From Candidatus Heimdallarchaeota archaeon (GTDB lineage: Archaea; Asgardarchaeota; Heimdallarchaeia; Heimdallarchaeales; Heimdallarchaeaceae): a stretch of DNA of 46,028 nt. Location: contig JAAFKJ010000119.1 of NCBI GenBank assembly GCA_021399395.1, positions 1 through 46,028 of the forward strand. Direction: 5' to 3'. Below the pieces are notes generated by a model. It searched no databases, was not told the origin of the DNA, and saw only the letters and a program-made list of their open reading frames with translations. Position numbers and translations under genes: made by a program. The stretch's first letter is position 1. Every line of letters begins with the position of its first letter. Below are positions 18,716 through 30,064 of this stretch, one piece after another.

Positions 18716-19362
18716 TTCTTACTACCTCTTTTAGCCCTATTTTTTGCTTCAATCTTCTGTTTTAGTTTCTTTATTGTATAGATGTTCTCCAACTCGTAGG
18801 CTTCTAAACCCTCTTCAATATATTTGATGATATTTCGGAATCGAACTCGATAAACCTTATCAAGAGCATTTAAATTTAATTGTATTGATTGTAAGTTTCT
18901 AATAATTCTGTAAGCTAAATTTTCGATCTCAGCTAATTGTACAATAAGCGTGAATGTATCTCGGAACTTTTTTGCAGTAACCCACAGTAAGCTTGAGATT
19001 CCAAAGAATCCGTAAGAAAGTTCAGGTACATTTTCAATTTCTAAATCTTTGAAAAGAACTCCCATATATTCTACAGGTTTAGAATCTATTTTTACTTCTT
19101 TTGGGGTTGTTTCACTAAATACATTTATCATATCTCTACCAAGTTCAGATTCTGTTTTTATGTATTCAATATAAGCCTCACTTAAACTTGCTTCCATCTT
19201 TTCTCTAAGTGATACTGCTTCTGCAGTTATAATATGAAGTTTCATTAGTAGAGCTTCGTATTTTTCTCTTAGTAGATCATATGCTCTCTCTACTAGTCGT
19301 AATTTTTTCTTATACTTGAGAAGGTTATCCTTTGTGGGAGGAATTGTGATTACTTCTCTCAT
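18712..19362 (-). CDS. atpD: A/V-type ATP synthase subunit D
   Basis: PPTKDNLL...[12 protein letters not shown]...MGV...LAEIE...NALDK...IEEGLE. Confidence 0.92.
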   Translation of the reverse strand: MREVITIPPTKDNLLKYKKKLRLVERAYDLLREKYEALLMKLHIITAEAVSLREKMEASLSEAYIEYIKTESELGRDMINVFSETTPKEVKIDSKPVEYMGVLFKDLEIENVPELSYGFFGISSLLWVTAKKFRDTFTLIVQLAEIENLAYRIIRNLQSIQLNLNALDKVYRVRFRNIIKYIEEGLEAYELENIYTIKKLKQKIEAKNRAKRGSKK

Positions 19363-20765
19363 GCAATTTCCTCCTCAGATTTAGTCATGTATGTTTTGAT
19401 TAATTCCCCTGAAATTTTAGTTAACTCTGTTTCCGGTAATTGGGAAAGTAAAGACCATCCCAATGCTAGAGATTCCTCTATAGTCCGGTGCTCATCCCCT
19501 TGGTTAACAAATGTTTCTTCAAATTTATCTGCAAAGCTGAGTAATATTTGATCGCGACGGTTCAATTCTTTTCGGCCAATAACTTCAGCAAGTCTTCTTT
19601 TATCAAGACCTTCAGCGTACGAAGCATACAACTGATCGCTTAAAGAAGGATGATCTTTTCTTGTAAAACCTTCCCCTATCCCATCTTTCATCAATCTGGA
19701 CAAGGAACCCAAGACATCAATCGGGGGATAAATCCCCTTATTATGCATTGATCGATCTAAGATAATTTGACCTTCTGTGATATATCCAGTCAAATCTGCA
19801 ATAGGGTGTGTTATGTCATCGTTTGGCATTGTCAGGTTTGCTAGCATTGTTATGCTTCCTTTCGAACCTCCTTTCGAATTTTCAACTATTCCTGCTCTTT
19901 CATAGATTGAAGCAAGATCACTATACATGTAACCTGGAAAACCTTTTCTTGAAGGAACAGTTTCTAACGCTACTGATATCTCCCTAAGAGCTTGACAGTA
20001 GTTTGTTATGTCTGAAAGTATAACTAATACTTGATAGCCTTTATCAAAAGCCAGATATTCAGCTGTAGTTAAGGCTACTCTGGGAGTAAGCAATCTTTCA
20101 GCTGCTGAATCACTTGCAAGATTACTGAACATGATGACTTTGTTCAAAGTTCCAGTCTCTTTGAAAAGACGTTGGAAATAAATATAGTCATCCATTGTTA
20201 ATCCCATTGCTCCAAAGACAATAGCAAATTTTTCACTCCCATCTTGCTCCGCAATTCTAGCTTGTCTTACAATCTGACCGATTAGTTTATTGTTAGGTAA
20301 ACCTGCACCTGTAAAAATTGGAAGCTTTTGACCTCTAACTAAAGTGTTCATGATGTCAATGGTTGATATACCTGTTTCAATATAACTTCTAGGGTAAATT
20401 CTGGAAGTTGGATTAATAGGTAAACCATTTACATCTCTATAATCTTCTGAATAAATGCTAGGCAATCCATCTAAAGGTTGACCTAAGGAATCGAAAATTC
20501 TACCTATCATATCCTCCGAAACAAACAATTGCATTGTTCTTCCAAAGAATTCAGTTTCAATTTCGTTCTTTTCAATTTCGTATGTTCCTTGATATAAAAG
20601 AACGATTACTCTTTCTTCCTCAATTGCTAAGACTCTGCCTTTCCTAGATGGTTGGTTTTCAAGGTTTACTTCAAGGTATTCACCCATTTGTATTCCTGAA
20701 ACACCCTCAATAACAATAAGAGGACCACGGATTTCTGATACACCTTTTACTGTGATTCGTGCCAT
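19359..20765 (-). CDS. atpB: A/V-type ATP synthase subunit B
   Basis: [51 protein letters not shown]. Confidence 0.98.
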   Translation of the reverse strand: MARITVKGVSEIRGPLIVIEGVSGIQMGEYLEVNLENQPSRKGRVLAIEEERVIVLLYQGTYEIEKNEIETEFFGRTMQLFVSEDMIGRIFDSLGQPLDGLPSIYSEDYRDVNGLPINPTSRIYPRSYIETGISTIDIMNTLVRGQKLPIFTGAGLPNNKLIGQIVRQARIAEQDGSEKFAIVFGAMGLTMDDYIYFQRLFKETGTLNKVIMFSNLASDSAAERLLTPRVALTTAEYLAFDKGYQVLVILSDITNYCQALREISVALETVPSRKGFPGYMYSDLASIYERAGIVENSKGGSKGSITMLANLTMPNDDITHPIADLTGYITEGQIILDRSMHNKGIYPPIDVLGSLSRLMKDGIGEGFTRKDHPSLSDQLYASYAEGLDKRRLAEVIGRKELNRRDQILLSFADKFEETFVNQGDEHRTIEESLALGWSLLSQLPETELTKISGELIKTYMTKSEEEIA

Positions 20766-20768
20766 CTT

Positions 20769-22571
20769 TCACACCTTATATCCATATTTTGAGCCAAGTT
20801 CCTCCATCTCGGAGTGAATGTGATCTTCAAGTTTATTCAGTAGCATAAGGTTATCATTTGGGATATCTTCTTTCATTCTTTTAAGAATCTGAACTGATTT
20901 TAAGGAATTAATCAGTGAAATTGGGCAGCCATTTTTTATCAATAAATGTGCCCGCTGATAGAAGAGTAACATAAGTTTCATCATTTTCATTTGTTTGTCG
21001 ATTGGACAGAATGAATCAACTGGATGAAAAGCACTCTGTTGTAGAAATCCATCTTTGATGATATCAGCTGCTAGGATGATAAGCTGTTCATATGCTGGAA
21101 GTGCTTTAGAACCAATGAGCTCTACAATGTGTTGGAGTTCACTATCTTGCTGCAAGATTGTAAACATCTCTTGTCTGTATCTCCCCCAATCTTCTAATCC
21201 TGATTCTAAAGCCCATTCTTCAATTACATCTATATATCCTGAATAACTAGTGAACCAGTTTATAGATGGGAAGTGTTTTCTATTAGCCAATGTTGAATCC
21301 AATCCCCAAAATGTTTTTACGAAACGTTTTGTGTTTGCAGTAACGGGCTCACTGAAATCTCCTCCAGGTGGGGAAACAGCAGCTGTAATGTTAATTGACC
21401 CTTCTCTATAGGGAGAACCTAGAGTAACAACTTGACCAGCTCGTTCATAGAAATTTGCTAATCTAGCTCCCAAATAAGCAGGATAACCTTCTTCCACAGG
21501 CATTTCTTCTAATTGTCCAGAAATCTCTCGGAGAGCTTCTGCCCATCTAGAGGTGGAATCAGCTGTCAATAAAACATTAAGACCTTGATCTCGATAAAAT
21601 TCTGCCATAGTTATGCCCATATAGATTGATGCTTCCCTTGCTGCAACTGGCATGTTAGAAACATTTGCGATTAACATGGTTCTGTCCATAAGTGGATTTT
21701 TTGTGTGAGGATCAACTAATTTAGGAAATTCCCTCAGTACATCAGTCATTTCGTTTCCGCGCTCACCACATCCAATATAGATAACTACATCGGCATTACT
21801 CCATTTAGATAGTTGATGCTGAACAACTGTTTTGCCAGTTCCGAATCCTCCCGGGATGGCGGCAGTACCTCCCTTTGCAATCGGGAAGAACATATCTATG
21901 ATCCTTTGTCCAGTGATTAAAGGCTCATGAACAGGAATTTTCTTAAGAAATGGTCTAGCAACTCTAACTGGCCACTCATGCATCAGTGTTAATTCAGATT
22001 TCTTGTTATCCTGATTTTTTATTGTTACAATTGGTTCAGTTACTGTAAACTCTCCTTTATCTTGGATTTCTAGTAACTCTCCGTAGGTACTTGGGGGAGC
22101 AATAATCTTGCATTCTATAGTATTTGTTTCTATAACAGAACCTAAAACGTCACCTCCATGAATTATATTGCCTTTTTGTAATTCTTTATTTGGAGTAAAT
22201 AACCACTTTTTCTTTCTGTCTAGTGCATTGGTTTGAATTCCTCTCTCAATGAAAGCTGAATTTGTAATTTTCTTTATCATTTCCAAAGGTCTTTGAATTC
22301 CATCGAATATGTTGGATATCAACCCTGGACCTAATTCAGCTGAGAGTGATTTTCCTGTAAGAAAAACAGGGTCATTTATTCTCAAACCTTCTAAAGGTTC
22401 ATAAACTTGAATAGTGGCAAGGTCATGCTCAATCTCTATTATCTCACCTATGAGTTTTTCTTCTCCTACAAATGTTATTTCTCCCATTCGATAAGAAGAA
22501 AGCCCTTTAACTTGAACAGTAGACCCCTTTATTGAAACAATTCTAGCATTATCTACTGTTCCCCCTGTCAT
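20769..22571 (-). CDS. atpA: A/V-type ATP synthase catalytic subunit A
   Basis: P-loop [41 protein letters not shown]; 600 aa, no intein. Confidence 0.98.
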   Translation of the reverse strand: MTGGTVDNARIVSIKGSTVQVKGLSSYRMGEITFVGEEKLIGEIIEIEHDLATIQVYEPLEGLRINDPVFLTGKSLSAELGPGLISNIFDGIQRPLEMIKKITNSAFIERGIQTNALDRKKKWLFTPNKELQKGNIIHGGDVLGSVIETNTIECKIIAPPSTYGELLEIQDKGEFTVTEPIVTIKNQDNKKSELTLMHEWPVRVARPFLKKIPVHEPLITGQRIIDMFFPIAKGGTAAIPGGFGTGKTVVQHQLSKWSNADVVIYIGCGERGNEMTDVLREFPKLVDPHTKNPLMDRTMLIANVSNMPVAAREASIYMGITMAEFYRDQGLNVLLTADSTSRWAEALREISGQLEEMPVEEGYPAYLGARLANFYERAGQVVTLGSPYREGSINITAAVSPPGGDFSEPVTANTKRFVKTFWGLDSTLANRKHFPSINWFTSYSGYIDVIEEWALESGLEDWGRYRQEMFTILQQDSELQHIVELIGSKALPAYEQLIILAADIIKDGFLQQSAFHPVDSFCPIDKQMKMMKLMLLFYQRAHLLIKNGCPISLINSLKSVQILKRMKEDIPNDNLMLLNKLEDHIHSEMEELGSKYGYKV

Positions 22572-22660
22572 TACCGATGAAAAGATAAAAGGTTAATAAG
22601 TAGTTTTTTGTCTGACGCCATATCAGAAAACTTTAATCATATACAGTAATCAAAATATTA

Positions 22661-22975
22661 ATGCAAGAATCTGATCTGACAAGCAAAGCTTTTGTTATCG
22701 GAGCTCGAGAAACGGTTCGTGGTTTTCAGTTAATCGGTGTACCAGGTAAAGAGGTCTCAGAGCCCTCTAAAATTCTAGAAACGTTAGATGATGCACTGCA
22801 AAAAGATTATGCATTAATCATAATATCTGCTGTAACAGCATATAAAATAGAAGACCAGTTAGACAAAATTAGGTTAGAAACCCCCACACCAATTTTTGTA
22901 GTTTCAGATGTGAATCTAAAAGTAGACATTAAAGAATTAGAAAAGAAATTCAGAAAATTTATTGGTATTCATTGA
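22661..22975 (+). CDS. atpF: A/V-type ATP synthase subunit F
   Basis: FVIGARETVRGFQLIGV, DYALIIIS, C-terminal RKFIG; 104 aa; divergent from atpA. Confidence 0.9.
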   Translation: MQESDLTSKAFVIGARETVRGFQLIGVPGKEVSEPSKILETLDDALQKDYALIIISAVTAYKIEDQLDKIRLETPTPIFVVSDVNLKVDIKELEKKFRKFIGIH

Positions 22976-23495
22976 TGTGAATATTAAAAATATGATTGAA
23001 AATTGTGAAGTCACTCTCAGTGAAAAGAACTACTTGAATCTGTTTGATTTCACTTGTTTCATCTTTGAGAAAGTTAGTAAAACATTCAATCATAATTTCC
23101 GCACATCTTTTTAGTTGAAAACCTGCAATCCCTGTTCCAATTGCTGGAAAAGCTATAGACTGAATGTTATTGTGTTTTCCTATCATTAAAGAGTTAAGAA
23201 TAGCGCTCCTAAGAGATAATTCGGTAGTTTTTCCTCCTAGATTCATTGATGCTGCATGGATGACGTATTTCGCTTTTAGATTCCCTCCTGTTGTAATAGC
23301 AGCTTGTCCTAATTCTATCGAACCGATTTTGGAACACTCCTGTTGTATAACCGGACCCCCTTTTTTTCTAATTGCACCTGCAACACCATCTCCAAGGATA
23401 AGCTTTGTATTAGCTGCATTAACAATCGCATCAACATCGCTTTCTGTTATATCTCCTTGAATCAATACGATTGATGTTTCTCCTATTTTCCACAT
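22959..23495 (-). CDS. Macro domain protein (MacroD-type ADP-ribose-binding/hydrolase)
   Basis: GDIT...DAIVNAAN...GDGVAGAI...VIHA...FPAIGTGIAG. Confidence 0.93.
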   Translation of the reverse strand: MWKIGETSIVLIQGDITESDVDAIVNAANTKLILGDGVAGAIRKKGGPVIQQECSKIGSIELGQAAITTGGNLKAKYVIHAASMNLGGKTTELSLRSAILNSLMIGKHNNIQSIAFPAIGTGIAGFQLKRCAEIMIECFTNFLKDETSEIKQIQVVLFTESDFTIFNHIFNIHINEYQ

Positions 23496-23505
23496 TTTCT
23501 ATTCC

Positions 23506-24258
23506 TTACTTTTGTAATTTGATGCAATCAGTTCCATATACTTCTTCAACAGTTCTAAAACCCATCTTTTCATAAATTCTCACAGCTGGAAAATTTGATT
23601 CTTCTACCCAGAGAGTTACTTTTTCTATATCATTAGAAAATAATTCCTCACACATTTTTGCACTTACATCATATCCATATCCCTTATTCCTGTGAGTTTC
23701 AGAAACCCATACTCCACGAATGACAGCAAAAGAGAATAAATCATTACTTACTATGTGAGGAGCAAAAGCTACACCCACCATCTCATCATTTTTGATAATT
23801 CCAACCCCTCCTCCTTCAGAATTTGAGAATAATAACCTTCGTTTGAAGCTTAAATTCTTAATTAAATCACCATTAAGAATTTGTGAATCATAAGTGTCTT
23901 TAGATTTGAAATCTTTTTGAATTAATTCCATACAAAGGAATGTATTCATCTTTTTGTCTTCTGCAGCTTTGTCCATTACTTCGAAATCAGAGAAATTTTC
24001 TAATACTAGTTCTAACCACTCAAGATCAAAAGAAAGACTGATTGTTCCTTTTGGATTAAATTTCTCTAGAAGTTCTTTACTAGGGGGACCAAAAAGAGTA
24101 GTATGTAAATCATATGAAAATCTGAAAGAAGAGTTTGATTCTTCAAAATGAACTGCTTCTGGGAAAGTTATAATATCCCAAATTGAATAAGCAAGTCTAG
24201 TAACTCTTTTTTGCCCTACTTCTAGGATACTGTCAAAATCTTCTAACATCAATATCAA
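23506..24258 (-). CDS. GNAT family N-acetyltransferase
   Basis: C-terminal VWVSETHRNKGYG and NFPAVRIYEKMGF. Confidence 0.88.
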   Translation of the reverse strand: MILMLEDFDSILEVGQKRVTRLAYSIWDIITFPEAVHFEESNSSFRFSYDLHTTLFGPPSKELLEKFNPKGTISLSFDLEWLELVLENFSDFEVMDKAAEDKKMNTFLCMELIQKDFKSKDTYDSQILNGDLIKNLSFKRRLLFSNSEGGGVGIIKNDEMVGVAFAPHIVSNDLFSFAVIRGVWVSETHRNKGYGYDVSAKMCEELFSNDIEKVTLWVEESNFPAVRIYEKMGFRTVEEVYGTDCIKLQK

Positions 24259-24298
24259 AGAGTAAAACTTGCTTATATCTTCTTCTCTTCAAATTAAT

Positions 24299-25225
24299 CT
24301 AAGAATATTTGGGACCATAGGTCTCGTCATCAAGTCTACTCAAGTAATCTTTGTATTCACTCTTATCTGCAATTGCAATGGCTCTTTTGATTCTCACTGT
24401 TCCCTCATATCGTTGCCCCATTCTGACTAGAGCTTGTCCTGAGAGGAAGAGAGCTTCATCATCATCTTTTACAAGTGTCAACAATTCATTACACATGTTG
24501 AACGTTTTTTGGATATCTCCATCCTGCAGATATAATCGTGATAATTTATTGTACAAACTCTGATTAACTTCTCTCGTCCTTTCTTCTACCTGAAGCGCTT
24601 GAAGATATTTTTCTTTTGCAACATCAGGATGACCCATATGATTGTATAGATCTCCTAATTCTTCATATAATTCTTGGTTGGTAGGTTCAATCTCAATAGC
24701 AGTGTTATAGGCATCTATTGCTGAGAGGTAATTTTCAATTTCTTTATAGCTTTGAGCTAATAATTGCCAAACTGAGATTTCATCTCTTTTTGTTCTTAAG
24801 TATGTTTCAAAGCTCAATATTGCTACTTGATACTCTCCTCTTTGTAAAGCTAGTTTACCTCTCCCTAACCAAGATTGAACAGCTCTAGGATTAAGTGATG
24901 TAGCTTTGAAGTAATAATTCTCTGATACATCAGACTGATTCCATATTCTATATATCTCCCCTAATAATTCATAGGATTCCCAATGATCGGTATCATCTGC
25001 AATAATAGAAGTGAGTCCTTCAACGGCTTCGTTAAATTGACCTTGAAGATAGAGTATTTTGCTCTTAGTAAATACAAGATTTTTATCTTGGTATTTCTCA
25101 ATCATACGATCTAAAAACGATAATGCTTCATCGAGTAAACTATTTTCAATTAGACTCTCAAGTAATTCCATTTCGAAAGGTTTCATATCTTGACCAGAAT
25201 CTAACCCCATGTTCAAAACCACCAA
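24299..25225 (-). CDS. Tetratricopeptide repeat protein
   Basis: Tandem ~34-aa repeats (LLGEIY...YFKATSLNP; LLAQSY...YNTAIEIEP; ELGDLY). Confidence 0.9.
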   Translation of the reverse strand: MVVLNMGLDSGQDMKPFEMELLESLIENSLLDEALSFLDRMIEKYQDKNLVFTKSKILYLQGQFNEAVEGLTSIIADDTDHWESYELLGEIYRIWNQSDVSENYYFKATSLNPRAVQSWLGRGKLALQRGEYQVAILSFETYLRTKRDEISVWQLLAQSYKEIENYLSAIDAYNTAIEIEPTNQELYEELGDLYNHMGHPDVAKEKYLQALQVEERTREVNQSLYNKLSRLYLQDGDIQKTFNMCNELLTLVKDDDEALFLSGQALVRMGQRYEGTVRIKRAIAIADKSEYKDYLSRLDDETYGPKYS

Positions 25226-25291
25226 TACAACCTTTGTTTGTCACTCAATAAAAACTTTTCAGTAAAAAAACAATAGCTGGGGAGCAAAATG

Positions 25292-26914
25292 CTATTTCTT
25301 TGTCTCTCTATTAACTAATTCTCTTTTTAGAACTTTTCCTGCTGCACTTAAAGGCAGTTCATCAATAAATTCAAAGCTCTTTGGAATTTTGTATTTGGTA
25401 AGAGACTGCTCAATACAAAACTCTTTGATTTCTTCTGGTGTTGCATCTTCCCCCTCTTTCAAAACGATGAAAGCTTTTCCGACCTCTCCAAAGTAGTCAT
25501 CAGGAACAGCAATAACTGCAGCAAGTGAGATTTTCGGATGCTTAAAGAGTAGTTCTTCAACTTCCCTTGGATAGACCTTTAACCCCCCAGAATTGATAAT
25601 ATCTTTAGACCTATCAACAATAAAGAAATACCCATCTGAATCTATTTGAGCTAAATCTCCAGTTCTCAGCCATTTCTCAGGGGTAAATACATTAAGAGAT
25701 TCCATACCTTTACCCCAATAACCCTTCATAACTTGAGGACCATAAATAATAATCTCTCCAACCTCTCCTATTTCAATTTCTTCTAAAGTTTCAGTGTCAA
25801 CAACTTTTGCTAATGTGTCAGTTAGTGGTTGACCAATTGAATTGACTTTGGAAGCTCCATAAGGATTGATATGAGTAACAGGGCTGCATTCTGTGAGTCC
25901 AAACCCTTCGGTAATGTCTACACCAGTAGCTTTCTTGAATTCAGAATGAACCTCTTTTGGAAGAGCTGCACCTCCAGAAACACATACCTTTAGGGAAGAT
26001 GTATCAAAATCTGAGATTTGCTGACGTAAAAGTGCAACATACATAGTGGGAACGCCATAAAAAGAAGTAGCCTTTTCATCCTCAATCAGCTGTAAAATAG
26101 CTTTGGGGTCAAACTTGGGGATAATAGCGATTTTCTCTCCTCTGAACAAAGGTGCGAAGAAACTACATTGCAAACCAAAACTGTGACACATGGGTAAAGC
26201 AGAAGCTACTAAGCCTGTATACTCCGATGGTATTTTGTTTGCCCATTCATTAAATTGTAGAGCATTAGCGAGAACATTCGAATGCTTCAACATGACAGCC
26301 TTAGCCGAACCAGTTGTACCTCCGGTATATAACAAGAATGCTATATCCTCTGCTCTGCTTCTATTTTCTGTGAATGCATGCTGTGATTCCATTATACTTT
26401 TCATAATTACAAAATCACATTGAGAAATCATCTCTTGAATGTCTTCTTCATTGAAATTTTGGTCAGCAACAATGATTTTTGCTTTAAATTGAAATTGATT
26501 GATAACTTCCTTGATACCCATGCATAAAGTGTTGTTTGTAATTAATACTTTTGTCTCTGAATCTGTTAATTGAAATGCGATCTCCTTTTGTGAAAGTCTA
26601 GGATTGATTAATGTGACTTTAGCCCCTACTTGATATGCTGCAAATATTGAAACAACAAACCAGATTGAATTTGGTAGTATTATTGAAATTGTATCATTTA
26701 CTTCAACAGAACTATCATCAAAGAATTTTGCTAGTTTGTTAGACATTTCTATTATTTTGCTAGATGTGAATTTTTGATTGCCTTCTTCAAATAATATCTT
26801 GTCCTCATCAAACTTCTTTGCTATTTCAAGAAAGTAGCTATATAAAGATAAATTCGGATATTTGATTTTCCAATCTATTTCCTCTGAAGAATCAGTTTTA
26901 CTCAATTTAGACAC
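25292..26914 (-). CDS. Long-chain-fatty-acid--CoA ligase (AMP-binding enzyme, FadD-like)
   Basis: YTGGTTGSAK, EGFGLTE, RTGD, RSKDII, GKVLKR. Confidence 0.93.
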   Translation of the reverse strand: MSKLSKTDSSEEIDWKIKYPNLSLYSYFLEIAKKFDEDKILFEEGNQKFTSSKIIEMSNKLAKFFDDSSVEVNDTISIILPNSIWFVVSIFAAYQVGAKVTLINPRLSQKEIAFQLTDSETKVLITNNTLCMGIKEVINQFQFKAKIIVADQNFNEEDIQEMISQCDFVIMKSIMESQHAFTENRSRAEDIAFLLYTGGTTGSAKAVMLKHSNVLANALQFNEWANKIPSEYTGLVASALPMCHSFGLQCSFFAPLFRGEKIAIIPKFDPKAILQLIEDEKATSFYGVPTMYVALLRQQISDFDTSSLKVCVSGGAALPKEVHSEFKKATGVDITEGFGLTECSPVTHINPYGASKVNSIGQPLTDTLAKVVDTETLEEIEIGEVGEIIIYGPQVMKGYWGKGMESLNVFTPEKWLRTGDLAQIDSDGYFFIVDRSKDIINSGGLKVYPREVEELLFKHPKISLAAVIAVPDDYFGEVGKAFIVLKEGEDATPEEIKEFCIEQSLTKYKIPKSFEFIDELPLSAAGKVLKRELVNRETKK

Positions 26915-27038
26915 TCATCCCCATCTTGGGAAGTACATTAATGAATTTTGTTAAATATACCATGAAGTCCATTTTTGTTGAAGCGCAATGTTGATAAATT
27001 CGCCTAAATCTTTGAAATTGTACTGGAAGTAGATACTT

Positions 27039-29804
27039 GTGTCCTCAAATGAGAAATCAGTTTCTAAAAGATTAAGGAAAAATAAGGACAAAAATACTAT
27101 AACTGAGGATTATCTTGTTGATTTTTGCAAAAAATATACTGTGACATATACTTCCAATATCGAAGAATTAGCTATCAATCTAGCCTTGAAAGGTCAAGAA
27201 TCTTTAGCTAATGATGAGATAGAATTAGCAGAAGAAATTAGTGATCTTTTATCAAGACTCTCTGACCAATGGAAAGATGGTTTCATAAAAATGAAATCTC
27301 ATTTACTGAGAGCAGAAATTACCGGATACAAATACGAAAACAAGATACCCCATCTGGAGAAAGCACTATCTTTCGCTAAAAAGAACAATATCTTGGATGT
27401 AGAAGCTGGTGTAAGAATTCAACTAGCTTTTGAGAAATTTAAAGAAAGAGATTATAAAAGAGTACTAAAAGAATTGAAAATTGTTGAAAAGAAATCAGAT
27501 TTTTTTGAAAATAATAAACTAGTAGTCCTTGAACTCAAAGCTAGAGTTTATTGGGATTTAGATGATTTTACTAAAGGATTTGATGCAACATATGATTGGT
27601 ATAAGATGCTTAAGACAAATTCAACAGATTTACATTCCCTATTTGTGTCAGTTGTTTATCTTTTAACAGTGATGAGTTCTATTAAACTACACCATTCTAA
27701 AGAAGAATTAGATGAAATAAAGGAGGAAATCACTAAATTACTTGTTGAATTAGCAACCTCCGTACATCTACTTACACAGATTTTACCATATATAGATGTC
27801 CTTTTTGCTAAATCCTTGCAATTAGTAGAACCTGAAATTCTGCACAACTTTACTGATCATATCCTTCAAACAGCGCGATGGAATGATGAAGAAAAATATC
27901 TATACATCTGTCAAAAAATAGCAGATGCTTACTATAACATTGATGACATTGAGAAAGCAATTGAACTAATGGATAAATCTTATCAATACACTCGTGAGAA
28001 AAAATACACCAAAGTAGAGAAATCAATACAATACAAAAAAGTTGAATTTTCAAGTTTGATATTCTATTTTATGAATTTTGATGCTCTGTTTGATCCGGGG
28101 ATGATCAAAAATCTAAAAATTAAAAACAATGGTGATACAGAGAAGTTGTTTCTAGAACCTCTTTCATCCGGGGTAAATACTTTCCCTGCAACATCGTACT
28201 CACAACTTCTGAAAATTTTAGAAAAAGCTAGTGATAAATACATCATTGAAAATTCATTGGAATTAACAGGTTTGAACCCAGAAGAAGAACGATGCTTCTT
28301 TGTACTGGATCTAGATATTGCTGGGGATAGGATAAGAATACTGATGAGAGAAGATTTCAGTATTGATACTAAAGAATTCAAGACACTACATTCAACCTTG
28401 ACTCCTTATTATTCAGTAATTGGACTCATATCAGATAACAAAACGGATGCAATAGCTGAAATAGAAGGAATTGAGGAAGTTTTGTTGCGCTTACAAAGAG
28501 CAATAAATTGCCCTGCTTCAAAAGCAACTATCTATCTTCCCAAAGGCAAACCTCACTTGAATCTGTTTAAGTTTTATCTTCAACAGGGAGGATTCCGAGA
28601 TCTTAAAGTCAAAATAATTGATACAGCTAAAACTTTGGGAAGAGAATATGAATTTGCAAAACATGAGGACTTTTTGCAGATTTTTAATGCGGACCCCATA
28701 ACAATCTTTGATCTAACTTTGAGAAGCTCACAACAACTGGAACCATTAACTAAGTTAATCAATCATGCTTATAACTTGAATGTCTCAAACTCAACCCTTT
28801 CAGAGTTTTTAGCCAAGCTCATGGAATCGTTCCTAAAACGAAGTGATACAAGATTTTGGAGAGATTTCTACTATGAATATGCATGGTTGCAAATTCAAGG
28901 AGTATACCTCTCTCTCTCCAACAATGAAGTAGAAGAAAAGAAGAAATTAATCGAAAAAATACTCTCGTTTGCACTGTTGTTGGAAGATTCTGATAAGATT
29001 CTAGAAGGACATTATTTCAGTGCATATCTAGGATTAATTCAGAAAGATAACAACTTCAAACAAAAAAATCTCTTATTAAAAGAAAAATCCAATAGTTATT
29101 CAAGTAGTAAGTATAAACTCATATCTCATATTTTGGAACAATTTGAAGAGACAATTGATTTTACAGACAATGAGAAATTAGCAGAATTACTCAACTCCTT
29201 CTGTGAACTTTGTGAATACAGGGACTGGGATATAAGTCTAGAACTTTTTATTTATTTACTTAGTAAACTTCCACAATTAACAACTTTGTTTGAGGTTTGT
29301 AAAGAGAGAGATATAAAAGACACTGGAATCTACCTTTATCTGCATTTATCTAAACATATGATTGATATAGAAAGGTATTCTGAAGCGGTACAATTGTTAA
29401 TGTTCATTCAGCATACGCTAATAGATAGAAAAGAAGACTTCTTCTTCTCTGATCATACTTGGGATTACCTTTATTTTACCGCAAATCAACATCTATATGC
29501 AATATTAGATTCTTTAACTTCTGAGGAAATTGAAGAACATCAATTAGAAAAAGAGACAATTTTAAGTAGCATTTTAGAAAGAGATGAATGGGTCTCTGAT
29601 CCTATCTATTTGGTTGAATTACTTAAAGATTATACAATGATTTTATTGGATAAAACTGATTATTCTATGGGTGAAAAATATTATCATTGGATCGAGCAAT
29701 TAATGTTCTATTCATGGGATTTATTTACTAGTGAAACCAACTCTTCGCTCTTACAAGAAATACAGGACTTGAAGAAGAGAATCGAAAGCCAACATTTTAT
29801 CTAA
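27039..29804 (+). CDS. Large hypothetical alpha-solenoid (TPR-like) protein, 921 aa
   Basis: Long ORF of amphipathic helices with TPR-like segments (KIADAYYNIDDIEKAIELMDKS); no catalytic motif recognised. Confidence 0.6.
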   Translation: MSSNEKSVSKRLRKNKDKNTITEDYLVDFCKKYTVTYTSNIEELAINLALKGQESLANDEIELAEEISDLLSRLSDQWKDGFIKMKSHLLRAEITGYKYENKIPHLEKALSFAKKNNILDVEAGVRIQLAFEKFKERDYKRVLKELKIVEKKSDFFENNKLVVLELKARVYWDLDDFTKGFDATYDWYKMLKTNSTDLHSLFVSVVYLLTVMSSIKLHHSKEELDEIKEEITKLLVELATSVHLLTQILPYIDVLFAKSLQLVEPEILHNFTDHILQTARWNDEEKYLYICQKIADAYYNIDDIEKAIELMDKSYQYTREKKYTKVEKSIQYKKVEFSSLIFYFMNFDALFDPGMIKNLKIKNNGDTEKLFLEPLSSGVNTFPATSYSQLLKILEKASDKYIIENSLELTGLNPEEERCFFVLDLDIAGDRIRILMREDFSIDTKEFKTLHSTLTPYYSVIGLISDNKTDAIAEIEGIEEVLLRLQRAINCPASKATIYLPKGKPHLNLFKFYLQQGGFRDLKVKIIDTAKTLGREYEFAKHEDFLQIFNADPITIFDLTLRSSQQLEPLTKLINHAYNLNVSNSTLSEFLAKLMESFLKRSDTRFWRDFYYEYAWLQIQGVYLSLSNNEVEEKKKLIEKILSFALLLEDSDKILEGHYFSAYLGLIQKDNNFKQKNLLLKEKSNSYSSSKYKLISHILEQFEETIDFTDNEKLAELLNSFCELCEYRDWDISLELFIYLLSKLPQLTTLFEVCKERDIKDTGIYLYLHLSKHMIDIERYSEAVQLLMFIQHTLIDRKEDFFFSDHTWDYLYFTANQHLYAILDSLTSEEIEEHQLEKETILSSILERDEWVSDPIYLVELLKDYTMILLDKTDYSMGEKYYHWIEQLMFYSWDLFTSETNSSLLQEIQDLKKRIESQHFI

Positions 29805-30064
29805 TTAGTGTCTTTTTAAAACATTAGAACTATTTTCTAGTTTTTTTGTAAGGGTGAGAGTGAAATAGCATTACTTACAATTGCTAAAACCAATTATCTT
29901 TATAAACAACATGTTTATCAGACAGTTTGAAAGCCTCTAGCTTTAAATTGTGACTAAAAAGAGCAGTGTAATCCATAACAATATTTATGAATGGAATTCT
30001 CGATTTATAGTCTGTAATATCAATAACAAAAAGTACCCGAAATTCATACTTGGTGTGTTAATTA

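Noticed and set aside
20769-22571. Intein in ATPase subunit A (a common insertion site)
   Set aside because: Normal 600-aa length and the sequence is continuous through GKTVVQHQL...GCGERGNE.
29805-30064. 260-bp intergenic gap as a possible second ncRNA
   Set aside because: AT-rich with T-tracts and TATA-like elements but no convincing nested stems by eye; consistent with a terminator plus promoter.
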